A DNA stretch of 63,599 bases, the filler included, from Saprolegnia diclina VS20 (taxonomy: Eukaryota): the NCBI RefSeq assembly GCF_000281045.1. It is 3 parts of 2 records of this genome, joined end to end, with 100 filler letters (N's around TTAATTAATTAA, not from the genome) between each part and the next. Parts side by side here need not be neighbours in the genome. Positions count along the whole stretch, not along the records: positions 1 to 26,850 come from NW_008246089.1; 2 more parts are not named here. One strand, written 5' to 3'. The notes beneath the pieces are model-generated. The model was not told the origin of the DNA. It did not search any database and saw nothing but the letters and a program-made list of their open reading frames with translations. The translations under genes and the position numbers were made by a program. Shown here piece by piece: positions 12,801 to 22,565 of the stretch (positions are counted from its first letter, which is position 1; every line of letters starts with the position of its first letter).

Positions 12801-15800
12801 AGCAGCTCTTCCGCAGTATTGCGATGGTCGCGCCTGACCGCGAGCTCATTGCGCAGGTGATGCTCTTTTCGCAGGGCATCACGACGGCCGAGTACATGGC
12901 GGCCAAAGTCGTCCTCCTCTTCAATCTCTGCGAGGACCAGCTCTCCAAGCAGCCGCATTATGACTTTGGCTTGCGTGCGCTCAAGTCGGTGCTCGTCTCC
13001 GCGGGCCAGTTGAAGCGCAACTTGACTGCGACGTCGACCGCATCGATCGCCGACATTGAAGCCGAAGCGCTCATCCGGTCCGTGTGCGACACGGTCGTGC
13101 CCAAGCTCGTGGCGAGTGACGTGGCCATTTTTGAGACGTTGCTCCAAGGTGTCTTCCCCGGCACCGACGTGCACCGCGTCAACGAGCCCGAGCTGCGCGC
13201 GCAGATCGTGCAGATTGCCACGTCAAAGCACTTGGTGCCGCACGACAAGTGGGTCGAGAAGGCGCTGCAGCTCTACCAGGTGATGCAGCTCCGCCACGGT
13301 GTCATGCTCGTCGGTCCCAGCGGCATGGGCAAAACGACCGCGTGGAAGGTGCTACTCGAAGCGATGGAGCGCGTCGACGGCAAGAAGGGCGAGGCGTACG
13401 TTATCGACCCAAAGGCGATTTCGAAAGAGCAGCTCTACGGCACGCTCGACAACACGACGCTCGAATGGTCGGACGGTGTCTTTACGCACCTGCTGCGCCA
13501 AGTCCTCAACAACGTGCGTGGCGAGAGCGAGAAGCGCCACTGGATCCTCTTTGATGGCGACGTGGACCCTGAGTGGGCCGAGAACCTCAACTCGGTCTTG
13601 GACGACAACCGACTCTTGACGCTGCCATCGGGCGAGCGCCTTGAGATCCCGCCGAACGTCTGGATCATGATGGAGACGGAGACGCTCAAGTACGCGACGC
13701 TCGCGACCGTGAGTCGCTGCGGCATGGTGTGGTTTGCAACCGATACGCTCGAGACGTCGCACGTTGTGGACCACTTTTTGCAGTCGATTGCCAACGACAG
13801 CAGCCTGCGGACCACGTTTGCCATGCAGGACGACGAGTGGGCTCACTTTACGGCCGCGCGAGCCATCTTTTCCGAGACGTCGCGCGCGCTGTTTACGACG
13901 TCGCCGCTCGTGGTTCATTGCCTTGAGTTTGCTATGTCGCAGCCGCACATTATGGACGTCGACCGGCTCCGCTTGCTCATGAGCATGTTTTCGCTCTTGT
14001 CCAAGGGGCTCGTGCACATTGCCGAGTACAACGAGTCGCACAGCGACTTTCCGATGAACGAGGCGCATGTGCAAGCGTTCACGCCCAAGTGGCTCGTCTT
14101 CAGCATCATCTGGGGCTTTGGTGGCTCCATGGACATTGCGCACCGCGTGAAATTGGCCGAGTTCCTGAGCAGCATCAACACCAACGTGCCGCTTCCGACG
14201 CTCAGCACCGAGAACGCAAGCCTCCTCGACTTTGAGGTGCAGGTCAAGGACGGCGAGTGGGTCCCGTGGGTCTACTCGGTGCCGCAGCTGGAGCTCGAGA
14301 GCCACCGCGTGTTGTCGACCGATGTGGTCGTCACCACTGTCGACACGGTGCGTCACGTCGAGGTCCTCCGCGGTTGGCTCGCGCAGCACAAGCCGCTCAT
14401 CCTCTGCGGTCCGCCGGGCTCGGGTAAGACGATGACGCTGACGTCGACGCTCAACTCGCTGCCCGAGTTTGAGCTCGCGAGTCTCAACTTTTCGTCGGGG
14501 ACAACGCCCGAGCTCATTCTCAAGACGTTTGCGCAGTATTGTGTGTACAAGAAGACGCTCCAAGGCACGATCATGATGCCGCACGCACCCGGCAAGTGGC
14601 TCGTCGTGTTTTGCGACGAAATCAACTTGCCGCAAGCCGACAAGTACGGCACGCAGCGCGTCGTGACGTTTCTTCGTCAGCTCGTCGAGCAAGGCGGGTT
14701 CTGGAAGGAGAAGACGTGGGTGCACCTTGAGCGCATCCAGTTTGTGGGCGCTTGCAACCCGCCGACGGACCCCGGTCGTGTCCCGCTCTCGTCGCGGTTT
14801 CTGCGGCACGCGCCCGTGCTCTTTGTGGACTTTCCCGCGTACAACTCGCTCAAGCAGATTTACGGCACGTTCAACCGCGCGCTCCTCAAGCTCACGCCGA
14901 GCCTAAAAGCGTACCAAGTGCCCGTGACGGACGCGATGGTCGAAGTGTACAACAAGAACCAGACGCGCTTCACCGCCGAGATGCAGCCGCACTACATTTA
15001 CTCGCCGCGTGAGCTCTCGCGCTGGATGCGCGCCATGTACGAGGCGATCGAGCCCCTCGAGTACGAGATCGACGTGGAGACGCTGGTCAAACTCCTCTTC
15101 CACGAGAGTCTCCGTCTCTTTATGGATCGCCTTGTGACGCCGGACGAGCGCGACTGGTGCTACGCAACGTCCAAGTCGGTGCTCCAGACGCACTTTCCCG
15201 GCCCGTCGCACGCGCTCGAGACGGGCGTCGGCGTCCACCACGAGCCGATTCGATTCAGCACGTGGCTCAGCAAGCACTACGTCCAAGCGACGACGTCGGA
15301 GCTGCGCAAGCACATTGAGGCGCGACTCCGTGTGTTTTACGAAGAGGAGCTCAACGTGCCGCTCGTGGTCTTCGACTCGGTCATTGACCACGTCTTGCGC
15401 ATTGACCGTGTGCTGCGGCAGCCGCTCGGCCACTTGCTTCTCGTCGGCGAGAGTGGCGCCGGCAAGACGGTCCTCTCGCGCTTTGTGAGCTGGATGAACG
15501 GCATGTCGGTGTTCCAGATCAAACTCACAACCAACTACACGCTGGCCAACTTTGACGACGACCTCCGCGTCGTGCTCAAGCGCTGTGGCTGCGACGGCGA
15601 GCGCATTTGCTTCATCTTTGACGAAAGCAACGTGCTCGACGCGGCGTTCCTCGAGCGCATGAACGCGCTGCTCGCGTCCGGTGAAGTGCCCGGTCTCTTT
15701 GAGGATGACGAGCACACGTCGCTCATGCACGCATGTCGCGAGGCAATCCGACGCGACAACGTCACGATCGAGAACACGGACGACGAGCTCTTCAAGTACT

Positions 15801-18800
15801 TTACCAAGCAAGTGCAGCGCAACATGCACGTGGTATTTACGATGAACCCGGCGGCCGGCGACTTTCAGAACCGCAGCAAGACGTCGCCCGCGCTCTTCAA
15901 CCGCTGCGTCGTCGACTGGTTTGGCACGTGGTCGGACCACGCGCTCGCGCAGGTTGCGTCCGAGTTTACGCTCCCGCTCGACTTTGAAGAGACCGACTAT
16001 GTCATGCCCGGTGAAGCACGCGCGTTCTTGGACGCGCTGACGCCCAACTTGGCCTACACGTTCCACGACGCGGTCGTCGGCAGCATCGTCCAGTTCCACC
16101 ACGCGGTGCTGGAGCTCATGCACCGCCTCGCCAAGCGCCACGCCAAGGCCAACCACATTTCGCCGCGCGACTACCTCGAGTTTATCCGGCACTTTGTGAC
16201 GCTGTACGGCAAGAAGCGCGGTCAGCTCGAAGAGCAGCAGCTGCATCTCAACGTCGGTGTCGAGAAGATTGTGGCCACACACAACCAAGTCGCAGAGCTT
16301 CAGGCGCAGCTCGGCGCCAAGGAGAAGGAGCTCCAGCGCAAGGACGTGGAAGCCAACGAGAAGCTGCAGCTCATGGTTGTCGAGCAGAATGAGGCGCAGA
16401 AGAAGAAGAAGGAGACGGAGAGCCTCGCGGCCGACCTCACCAAGCAAGACGATGAGATCCGATCGCGCAAGGTCGTCGTCGAGCACGACCTCGCGCAGGC
16501 CGAACCGGCGTTGATCGAAGCGCAGTCGTCGGTCAACTCGATCCGCAAGACGCAGCTCGATGAGATTCGTGCGCTCGCGCGGCCGCCCAACGCCGTGCGT
16601 CTGACGCTGGAAGCCGTCGCGATCATGCTTGGCGAGTCGGCGCTCGACTGGGCCGATTTGCGCAAGTTTATCCGCAAGGACGACTTTATCGCGTCTGTTG
16701 TCAACTTCGACTCGGAGAAGCTCACGGCCAAGCAGCGCGCGGTCATCAACGGCAACTACCTCTCCAAGACGGACGAGTTTGACTACGAAAAGGTCAACCG
16801 TGCCTCCAAGGCGTGCGGTCCGCTCTTCAAGTGGGTCGTGTCGCAGATCAACTACACGGAGATTCTGCATCGCATCCAGCCGCTGCGGAACGAAGTCCAG
16901 ACGCTCGAAGACCAGAGTGCGGGTCTGCGTCAAGAGTACACGGAGGCCACCGCCATGATTGCGCAGCTCGAGACGCGCATCCAGAGCTACAAGCAAGAGT
17001 ACGCAGCGCTCATTTCCGAGGCGCAGCTCATCTCGAGCGACATGGCGACGGTCAAGAAGAAGGTCGAGCGCTCCGTGGCGCTGCTCGAGAACCTTTTGAG
17101 CGAGCGCGAGCGCTGGGAGGCCGGCTCCAAGGAGTTTGAGACGCAGATGAAGACACTCGTCGGCGACACACTTCTCAGCGCGGGCTTTCTCACGTACCTT
17201 GGGTTCCTCGACCACCAACAGCGCAAGCTGCTCGTCGAGGACTGGCGCGACATTCTCGTCTCGATGCGCGTGCCGACGACGGACGGGCTCAGCTTTGTCG
17301 AGTACCTCTCGGCGCCGGCCGACCGCCTCTTGTGGGCCGCGTCGGATCTGCCGTCGGACACGCTCTGCGTCGAGAATGCGATTGTGCTCGCGCGCTTCCA
17401 TCGCTTCCCGCTCATCATTGACCCGTCGGGGCAAGCCGCGAGCTTTATGATCAACCTCTTCAACAGCAACCCCGCGACCAAGATCTCGCAAACGTCGTTT
17501 TTGGACGCGTCGTTCATGAAGGTGCTCGCGAGTGCGATCCGGTTTGGTACGGCGCTCCTCGTGCACGACGTCGAGAACATTGACCCGATTTTGAACCCCG
17601 TGCTCAACCGCGAGCTGTACAAGACGGGTGGCCGCGTCTTGATTCGCCTCGCGGGCGAAGAGATCGACTACTCGCCCGACTTTCGACTGTTTCTGATCAC
17701 GCGGGACCCGAGCTGCCGCTTCTCGCCCGACATTTGCTCGCGCGTGACGTTTGTCAACTTTACCGTCACGCCGAGCTCGCTCGAGTCGCAGGCGCTTGCG
17801 CTGCTGCTCAAAAGCGAGGAGCCCGAGATTGACGCGAAGCGCTCGTCGCTCCTCAAGCTCCAGGGCGAGTACAACGCGAAGCTCCGGCAGCTCGAGGACG
17901 CGCTTTTGCAGCAGATCAATAGCGTCCAGGGCAACATTCTCGACGACGACCGCGTCATCAACACGCTTGAGAGCATGAAGGCCGAGGCCGCCGACATCAC
18001 GGCGCACGTGGCCGACACGCACGTGACGATGGCCAACATTGAGCTCGCGACCAACAAGTTCAAGCCCCTCGCGCACGCGTGCACGCAGCTCTTTTTCACG
18101 CTCGAGAACCTCGGGTCGGTGCACTTTTTGTACCAGTACTCGCTCGCGTTCTTTCTCAAGATGCTCACGAGCGTGCTCACGTCGACATCGTCCGACCCGG
18201 ACGGGCGACTGGCCTTCGTGAGCAATGCGCTCTTTGCGCAGATGGTGCGCCGCGTCGCCAAGGGCCTCCTCGAGGACGACAAGCTCATGTTTGCGTTGCG
18301 CGTCGCCCAAGTGTACTTGGAGCTGCAGCACCACCAAGCAGGCGCCGACGTGCCGAGCCAAGCCGAGTGGGACGTCTTCTTCCAGCGGTTTGGCGGGGCC
18401 AAAGCCGTACCCGCGCTCGCGGCGGTCGCGCACGACGTGCGGGATCGCGTCGGAAAGTTGCTTGGCGCTGCATCGTTTGCGGCGAACGCAGCGCATCTCG
18501 AGGCCAACCAAGACGAATGGGCTTCGTTCCTTAGCCACGCGGCGCCCGAGACGGTCGTCCCGACGGGTTGGGATGCGGGCGTGACGTCGCCGTACCGGGC
18601 GGCGTTCCGGACGATGGCGCTCGTGGCCGTCGCACGCCCCGACCGGTTCCCGTTTGCTGTGGAAGCGTTCTTGGTGGCCGTCTTTGGTGCGGACTTTCCG
18701 TGGCGCGGCCAGGTCGAGTTTGCGGACCAAGTCGCGCACGAGACGGAGGCGACGCGGGGCATCCTCCTCTGCTCCAAGACGGGCTTTGACGCGAGCGGAC

Positions 18801-20548
18801 GCGTCGACGAACTCGCGGCGACGCTCCAGAAGCGGTTTGCGTCGGTCGCGATGGGCTCGGCTGAGGGCTACGATGCGGCCGAGAAGGCGCTCAACACGGC
18901 CATCAAGCAAGGCACGTGGCTCTTGCTGCGCAACGTGCACTTGTGCCCGTCGTGGCTGCTCACGGTCGAGAAAAAGCTCTACTCGGTGCGCGACTCGTGC
19001 CACAAGGAGTTTCGCCTCTTCCTCACGTCCGAGATTCATCCGCAGCTGCCGCTCAACCTGCTTCGGCTCTGCGACATTTTTGTGTTTGAACCGCCGAACG
19101 GCGTCAAGGCGAGCATGCTCCGCACGTTCTTGGACGTGCCGGCCGACCGCGTGAACCGCGCGCCGACCGAGCGCGGGCGGCTCTTCCTTCTCCTCTCGTG
19201 GTTCCACGCTGTGCTCCAAGAGCGACTGCGCTACGTCCCGATCGGGTGGTCGAAAGCATATGAGTTTAGCCAAAGCGACTTCAAGGGCGCGTGCGATGTC
19301 ATGGACACGTGGGTCGACAGCATTGGGCGTGGCCGCGCGCACATCTCGCCCGACGCGATTCCGTGGACCGCCATCAAGGTCATTCTCAAGGAGTCGCTGT
19401 ACGGCGGTCGCGTCGACAACAAGTTTGACCAAGCCTTGCTGGATACGCTCCTCGACACGATCTTCTGCGCCGAGAGCTACGAAAGCACGTTTGCGCTCGT
19501 CGACGGCGTCATCGTCTCGTCCGGGAAGACAAAGGAGCAGTTTGCCGACTGGATCCACGCGCTCCCGAACGCCAACTCGCCCCAGTGGTTGGGCCTTCCG
19601 AGCTCAGCGGAGAGCATGCTCTTGACCAACCAAGGCGCACGCACGCTGCGACACCTCGCGCTCATGCAAGACAGCCTCGGCATGGACGATGGCCTCGAGA
19701 CGGACGATGTCGCCATGACGTTTGGCAACGCCGGCGATGCACGCCCGGCGTGGATCCAGGCGCTCGCGCACAGCGTCGCTACGTGGCGTGCGCTTTTGCC
19801 GGCGTCGGCCATCACGTCGACACAGGCCGCGTTTAGCAACCCGGTGTTCCGGTGCCTCCACCGCGAGATCGAAGTCGCCAACGCCCTCCTCGACAGCGTC
19901 ACGTCGCTGCTCTCGGACATTGCTGCAGTCTGCACCAACACGCTCAAGCCGTCCAATGCGACCCGCGATGCGATGCAGGCGCTGCACAAGGGCGTGCTGC
20001 CGACCGACTGGCTCGGCGCCTACGTTGTACCGCAGGACATTTCGCTTCTCGAGTGGCTTGACGATTTTGCGCGCCGTCTGAATCAGCTCCAAACGTTGTC
20101 CCAGCTGCCGATCGAAGACGTGCTGCACGGCGGCGTCTGGCTTGGCGGCTTCTTCTCGCCCGAGGCCTTTTTGACAGCGACGCGCCAAGTGATTGCCGCC
20201 GAGCTCCATTGCTCGCTCGACGAACTCGACGTGGTCGTGACGCTGACGAACGAGCATACCGGCGGCTTTCCCGTACGCGGTCTGCACCTCGAAGGCATGG
20301 ACTGGACGCCCGAGACTGGGTTTCAAGTGACGGACGCGCTGCACTCGACGCTGCCATCGTGCTACTTGAGCTGGCGCCCGGTCAAGGAGATGGACCCGAC
20401 GCAGCTCCGGAAGCTCCCCGTGTACCTCAACACGCACCGGCTCGTGATCCTCTTTGAAGTCGCGATCCAAGTCGACCAGAAGCAGTTTGGCCACCTCTGG
20501 ACCGAGCGCGCGGTTGCCTTTACGGCGTGGCACCTCGAGCAGGCGTAA
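6872..20548 (+). CDS. DYNC1H1: Cytoplasmic dynein 1 heavy chain (4558 aa, intronless)
   Basis: Four P-loops (GPAGTGKT, GPSGMGKT, GPPGSGKT, GESGAGKT), CFDEFNR, stalk/MTBD (KVNRASKACGPL), and cytoplasmic-type tail motifs (EMFRVFSKYNPLFFRPRIR, LGKGWEQHVEG). Confidence 0.97.
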   Translation: MEGDAVESVAIEHEMETAFLAQLVLDISTSFFQVGKHMSLRGDDGAYNEADADAFGLDAETLRHFITDPAIRVLRVLCRDSGDGVKLSLETGEKEKPKAKRQKVPTFCLIKTLKTRDKLTRDGSVNSQLQLVTLGTEDIGTLVTFVQHSFAPLLQAHEGQEDDGGQSHSKRMPLIRKRLKELEVAMVQFQNNVEIPDVDLKIHPDIQLAADKLRDSKQMGSIDVDALGFSDRLNDTAFLNDIQAGVNLWIKEIQKVTSLVNEPVGGSATQEINFWSDLHRALLATQKKLTSPEVEITLAILKQAKRYLVTVTFAADHGLGPALKTVSSVMNLMKDFSLNAILSATDIPQTTAGINTVFLQLKKVRLADEYKLARVLSLVELVSSDLAHQITTVLRTYNLIQVSYEQFDEVAKQCHDLFLTWHRQLHAFQELVKDLSKRRGTSNFDRVSSLVDMSLEHLAIEERMKELHEFREQHEKLRVVIQRVLSKTTDGSEDMLTDINAAYAQIGALDAFDVSVDGSESWKQARKTYEVCIDRIEGSIIASLTNRLNSTSTADEMFRVFSKYNPLFFRPRIRSAVQQFQMRLIENVKEDVTELQVKFRAHYSYSEASRMSKLRDIPPIAGAVMWSKQIERKLHMLLSRVESVLGKGWEQHVEGKALKQVADAFLSKLDAQAIFDHWVTELVSVPTFDVRNIILNIVAKPSSAGEDGIEREVCVAFNHQIVTLFKEVRNLEWLGYRVPFTLKMIAEDAKDKYPHAMSLDASLKTYSNVCKRIKPGFETLSASYVREVRTTIAKTFTKDNEIRWHADHLGDYALDLAAKVETLSDKVDELWRKQTDIEACVNALTTADEATFGDSLRDIQKIVDELNLAGYNNLHVYVKQLNTRIGNVLCGRLESALQQWVHAFTTEAPSALVPEKVHQVLLKNQILVLEPSVAQAKAMWLYELETIVSGICHLDKIQSSTYDAFQPLVSNSSPSRRRAKRKENSFQDVLKMLSPGLLLSSYDVLHTCLHAMEQYVLTWLQYQALWDMEASRVIGKIGTDIGQWQQLLVEIKDERSKFDTVVNTKRFGPMLVNFQQVQAQVNVKYDAWHTEFLSHFAEMLSSQVAAFYTEISAKRSLLEMHTLEAATSQVVATVTMIQELRMAKPEWELLIEGFLAGEKVLKRQRFKFPPSWPELANVEGEWAAFLQLLQRKTDAMESQLPQLQAKIMDEHNVLTKKIEATVTEWDATKPLQGAQLPQAALDLIQLFDTKLTLLAQDTKKMEAARKALNLLSRGNVSSSDADLLERTMEELGGLREVWSSLAATWSRMEELKESPWSAVQPRKLRKQLDELLDGLKALPARVQQYEAFDYFFQAMQSYKSTNSLLTDLKSDAIRDRHWKQILRLLNIKSSFSELSLRSLWDAKLAAHDNTLKSIIRTAQGEMALDEFLRQVAEHWTTYALDLVNYQNRCRIIKGWDDMFSKLDEHLNSLQSMKQSPYYRVFAESAESWEEKLTRVRSIFDFWIDVQRRWVYLEGIFFGSADIKQQLPKEYARFQSVDNEFVSTMKRVTHKPLILEVSSIPNLLHTLERQQDMMGSIQRALGEYLERQRAAFPRFYFVGDEDLLEMIGNSKEPKQIQRHLNKMFAGVAALEMNDAGAIIGLVSKEGEVVRLKTPVFPSEDTRINVWLANVEKQMRSTLASLLEEALATTGDYLAWVAAFPAQIVLLATQVQWTEQIEAVLRSRSNDFSAVVTAVEGLLQLLSERVLSDLAQDVRKKYEQLITELVHQRDVTRRLNKAQLTGSDDFRWLYHMRHYMYPNEVDPLKKLRICVANASFSYGFEYLGVGERLVHTPLTERCYLTLTQALDFGMGGNPFGPAGTGKTESVKMLGMQLGRFVLVFNCDENFDFQAMGRIFVGLCQVGAWGCFDEFNRLEERVLSAVSQQILAIQGGLIQRKKTEATSSVIELLGKSVLLHPDVGIFVTMNPGYAGRSNLPDNLKQLFRSIAMVAPDRELIAQVMLFSQGITTAEYMAAKVVLLFNLCEDQLSKQPHYDFGLRALKSVLVSAGQLKRNLTATSTASIADIEAEALIRSVCDTVVPKLVASDVAIFETLLQGVFPGTDVHRVNEPELRAQIVQIATSKHLVPHDKWVEKALQLYQVMQLRHGVMLVGPSGMGKTTAWKVLLEAMERVDGKKGEAYVIDPKAISKEQLYGTLDNTTLEWSDGVFTHLLRQVLNNVRGESEKRHWILFDGDVDPEWAENLNSVLDDNRLLTLPSGERLEIPPNVWIMMETETLKYATLATVSRCGMVWFATDTLETSHVVDHFLQSIANDSSLRTTFAMQDDEWAHFTAARAIFSETSRALFTTSPLVVHCLEFAMSQPHIMDVDRLRLLMSMFSLLSKGLVHIAEYNESHSDFPMNEAHVQAFTPKWLVFSIIWGFGGSMDIAHRVKLAEFLSSINTNVPLPTLSTENASLLDFEVQVKDGEWVPWVYSVPQLELESHRVLSTDVVVTTVDTVRHVEVLRGWLAQHKPLILCGPPGSGKTMTLTSTLNSLPEFELASLNFSSGTTPELILKTFAQYCVYKKTLQGTIMMPHAPGKWLVVFCDEINLPQADKYGTQRVVTFLRQLVEQGGFWKEKTWVHLERIQFVGACNPPTDPGRVPLSSRFLRHAPVLFVDFPAYNSLKQIYGTFNRALLKLTPSLKAYQVPVTDAMVEVYNKNQTRFTAEMQPHYIYSPRELSRWMRAMYEAIEPLEYEIDVETLVKLLFHESLRLFMDRLVTPDERDWCYATSKSVLQTHFPGPSHALETGVGVHHEPIRFSTWLSKHYVQATTSELRKHIEARLRVFYEEELNVPLVVFDSVIDHVLRIDRVLRQPLGHLLLVGESGAGKTVLSRFVSWMNGMSVFQIKLTTNYTLANFDDDLRVVLKRCGCDGERICFIFDESNVLDAAFLERMNALLASGEVPGLFEDDEHTSLMHACREAIRRDNVTIENTDDELFKYFTKQVQRNMHVVFTMNPAAGDFQNRSKTSPALFNRCVVDWFGTWSDHALAQVASEFTLPLDFEETDYVMPGEARAFLDALTPNLAYTFHDAVVGSIVQFHHAVLELMHRLAKRHAKANHISPRDYLEFIRHFVTLYGKKRGQLEEQQLHLNVGVEKIVATHNQVAELQAQLGAKEKELQRKDVEANEKLQLMVVEQNEAQKKKKETESLAADLTKQDDEIRSRKVVVEHDLAQAEPALIEAQSSVNSIRKTQLDEIRALARPPNAVRLTLEAVAIMLGESALDWADLRKFIRKDDFIASVVNFDSEKLTAKQRAVINGNYLSKTDEFDYEKVNRASKACGPLFKWVVSQINYTEILHRIQPLRNEVQTLEDQSAGLRQEYTEATAMIAQLETRIQSYKQEYAALISEAQLISSDMATVKKKVERSVALLENLLSERERWEAGSKEFETQMKTLVGDTLLSAGFLTYLGFLDHQQRKLLVEDWRDILVSMRVPTTDGLSFVEYLSAPADRLLWAASDLPSDTLCVENAIVLARFHRFPLIIDPSGQAASFMINLFNSNPATKISQTSFLDASFMKVLASAIRFGTALLVHDVENIDPILNPVLNRELYKTGGRVLIRLAGEEIDYSPDFRLFLITRDPSCRFSPDICSRVTFVNFTVTPSSLESQALALLLKSEEPEIDAKRSSLLKLQGEYNAKLRQLEDALLQQINSVQGNILDDDRVINTLESMKAEAADITAHVADTHVTMANIELATNKFKPLAHACTQLFFTLENLGSVHFLYQYSLAFFLKMLTSVLTSTSSDPDGRLAFVSNALFAQMVRRVAKGLLEDDKLMFALRVAQVYLELQHHQAGADVPSQAEWDVFFQRFGGAKAVPALAAVAHDVRDRVGKLLGAASFAANAAHLEANQDEWASFLSHAAPETVVPTGWDAGVTSPYRAAFRTMALVAVARPDRFPFAVEAFLVAVFGADFPWRGQVEFADQVAHETEATRGILLCSKTGFDASGRVDELAATLQKRFASVAMGSAEGYDAAEKALNTAIKQGTWLLLRNVHLCPSWLLTVEKKLYSVRDSCHKEFRLFLTSEIHPQLPLNLLRLCDIFVFEPPNGVKASMLRTFLDVPADRVNRAPTERGRLFLLLSWFHAVLQERLRYVPIGWSKAYEFSQSDFKGACDVMDTWVDSIGRGRAHISPDAIPWTAIKVILKESLYGGRVDNKFDQALLDTLLDTIFCAESYESTFALVDGVIVSSGKTKEQFADWIHALPNANSPQWLGLPSSAESMLLTNQGARTLRHLALMQDSLGMDDGLETDDVAMTFGNAGDARPAWIQALAHSVATWRALLPASAITSTQAAFSNPVFRCLHREIEVANALLDSVTSLLSDIAAVCTNTLKPSNATRDAMQALHKGVLPTDWLGAYVVPQDISLLEWLDDFARRLNQLQTLSQLPIEDVLHGGVWLGGFFSPEAFLTATRQVIAAELHCSLDELDVVVTLTNEHTGGFPVRGLHLEGMDWTPETGFQVTDALHSTLPSCYLSWRPVKEMDPTQLRKLPVYLNTHRLVILFEVAIQVDQKQFGHLWTERAVAFTAWHLEQA

Positions 20549-21049
20549 ACCGTAATACACTGGACTGCATGTTAACTTGTGTGCGTTGAGATCTGCTATG
20601 CTCCAAGCGGAAGGTAGACAACGCCAAATGACATTCTACATTTGTATCAGACCCAAAGCCGCACCAGACCAGTTCTGTCGTTTCCAGTCGCGGTCTAGAT
20701 TCCTCTGTCAGAACGAGTTGGCCCCGAGTTTGGCATATCCCGAGCTGGTGATTTTGTCGCCATTTTGGCTTTGAGGAGACGGCTGACTGGCTCAAGCGAA
20801 TGGCCTGGAGCTCACCAAGAATCTACCGCAGCAGCAAGCACGTTTAACGCGCCTTCACGGAAGGACGGCGTTCGTTTACCTGAGGGCATCTCAGGTGCAT
20901 GGGCCATGTTAGATTGTACTAGTACCTCGTATAACCCATTTAACCTTATTTAGAAAAGCGTATAATCCATTCATGCGTCTAACACTTTCCAATGGATGGT
21001 TATAACATTATAGCGTTTCCGTTCCAAAGGACAGAAGACGCGGAGGAAC

Positions 21050-22520
21050 ATGGCGAAGCACGGCTTCCTCACGCCCAAGGCCATCGACAACCGGCAAAAG
21101 GTAGCGCAAGATGCGACCTTGTCCTCTTCCTCTTCATCGTCGTGCGTATGCTTATGGTCGTCATGCGGTGCTTAGTCCAAGGGCCTCCAGAAGCTGCGAT
21201 GGTACTGCCAGGTGTGCTCGAAGCAGTGCCGAGATGAGAACGGCTTCAAGCAGCACATGACGAGCGACGCGCATCAGCGCCAGATGCTCATCGTCGCAAG
21301 CAACCCGAACAAGTTCATCCAGGGCTACAGCGAGCTCTTCGAGGCTGCGTTCATGGCGAACCTCCGCCAGCGCCATACGACCAAGCGCGTCCGCGCCCAC
21401 GTCGTTTACAACGAGTACATTCGCGACAAGAACCATATCCACATGAACGCGACGCGCTGGACGACCCTCAGTGGCTTCGTGCAGTACCTCGGCAAGACGG
21501 GCAAGTGCATCGTCGACGAGACCGAGAAGGGCTGGTACATCCAATACATTGACCGGGACCCTGCTGCCATGGCACGCCAAGAGGAGCTGCAGCGCAAGCA
21601 CAAGGCCGAGATGGACCACGAAGAGCGCAACCGGCGCTTCATCCAAGCTCAGGTCGAAGAAGCGCGGGCCAAGCTCGGCCCTGTCGACAAAGAAGAGACG
21701 GTTGAAGCCAAGGCGTGGAACCCGAACGAGAAGGTCTCGCTCTCGCTCGCACCCTCGGCCAAGAAGACAACGGCAGCTGCACCTGTCAGCGTGAAGCGGT
21801 CTGCAGCCGTCGCTTTTGGCGTCGACGACGACGCCGACAAGCACGACAGCGCGACGAAGCGACCAGCGACGACGCATGCCACGCAAGGTGGCGCGACGAG
21901 CCAGAAGCGGTCGGCCATGGACGCCATCATGGCCGAAGAAGCCCGTCAACGCCAGCGCCGGGATGCGGACGAAGCGCGCACCAGCCGCAAGGACCACTGG
22001 GTCGCCAAGGACATTGTTGTCAAGATCGTAGACAAGAAAGTGGGCGATGGCGCGTACGTCTTTGGCCGTGTCGTCATGGGGCCATCTCACTCCATGATCT
22101 CTGTAGCTACTACAAGAAGAAGGGCACTGTGCTCAAGGTCATTGAGCTCTTTGGCGCTGACATCAAGGTCCACGACTCGGGCGACATTGTCCGCGTCGAC
22201 CAGGTACACTGCACCATGCGATGCATCTCTCACCGTCCAATCCAGGATGACTTGGAAACCGTGATTCCGCTCGCGGGCAAGCCCGTCAAGATCGTCAACG
22301 GTCTCGGGCGCGGCCACCTCGGCACGCTTGTGTCCATCAACGAAGAAGCGTTTGCTGTCTCGGTGCTCGTAGCGACCGGCCCCCACAAGTAGATGCCACC
22401 AATGTCGGCGGCGTCACCTCATGATCCCTGCTATTCTGTAGGGGCCGGACGCTCGACAAGGTCGAGTACGAAGACGTGTGCAAGATGGACGAAGCGCGCG
22501 TCGATCCCGATAGTTTCTAG
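21050..22520 (+). CDS. KIN17: KIN17 DNA/RNA-binding protein (multi-exon)
   Basis: MAKHGFLTPKAI..[intron]..SKGLQKLRWYCQVCSKQCRDENGFKQH zinc finger, HIHMNATRWTTL, ETEKGWYI, C-terminal LETVIP...VEYEDVCK. Confidence 0.93.
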
Positions 22521-22565
22521 TCGACCAGATGACAGCAAACGTACAGTGGCAACTTGATGGCCTTA

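Noticed and set aside
14903..19558. 1551-aa antisense ORF inside dynein (also 7469-9730, 9785-11887, 3421-5217, 40323-41849)
   Set aside because: Shadow ORFs produced by the high GC3 codon bias of the real gene on the opposite strand; unnatural composition and no motifs.
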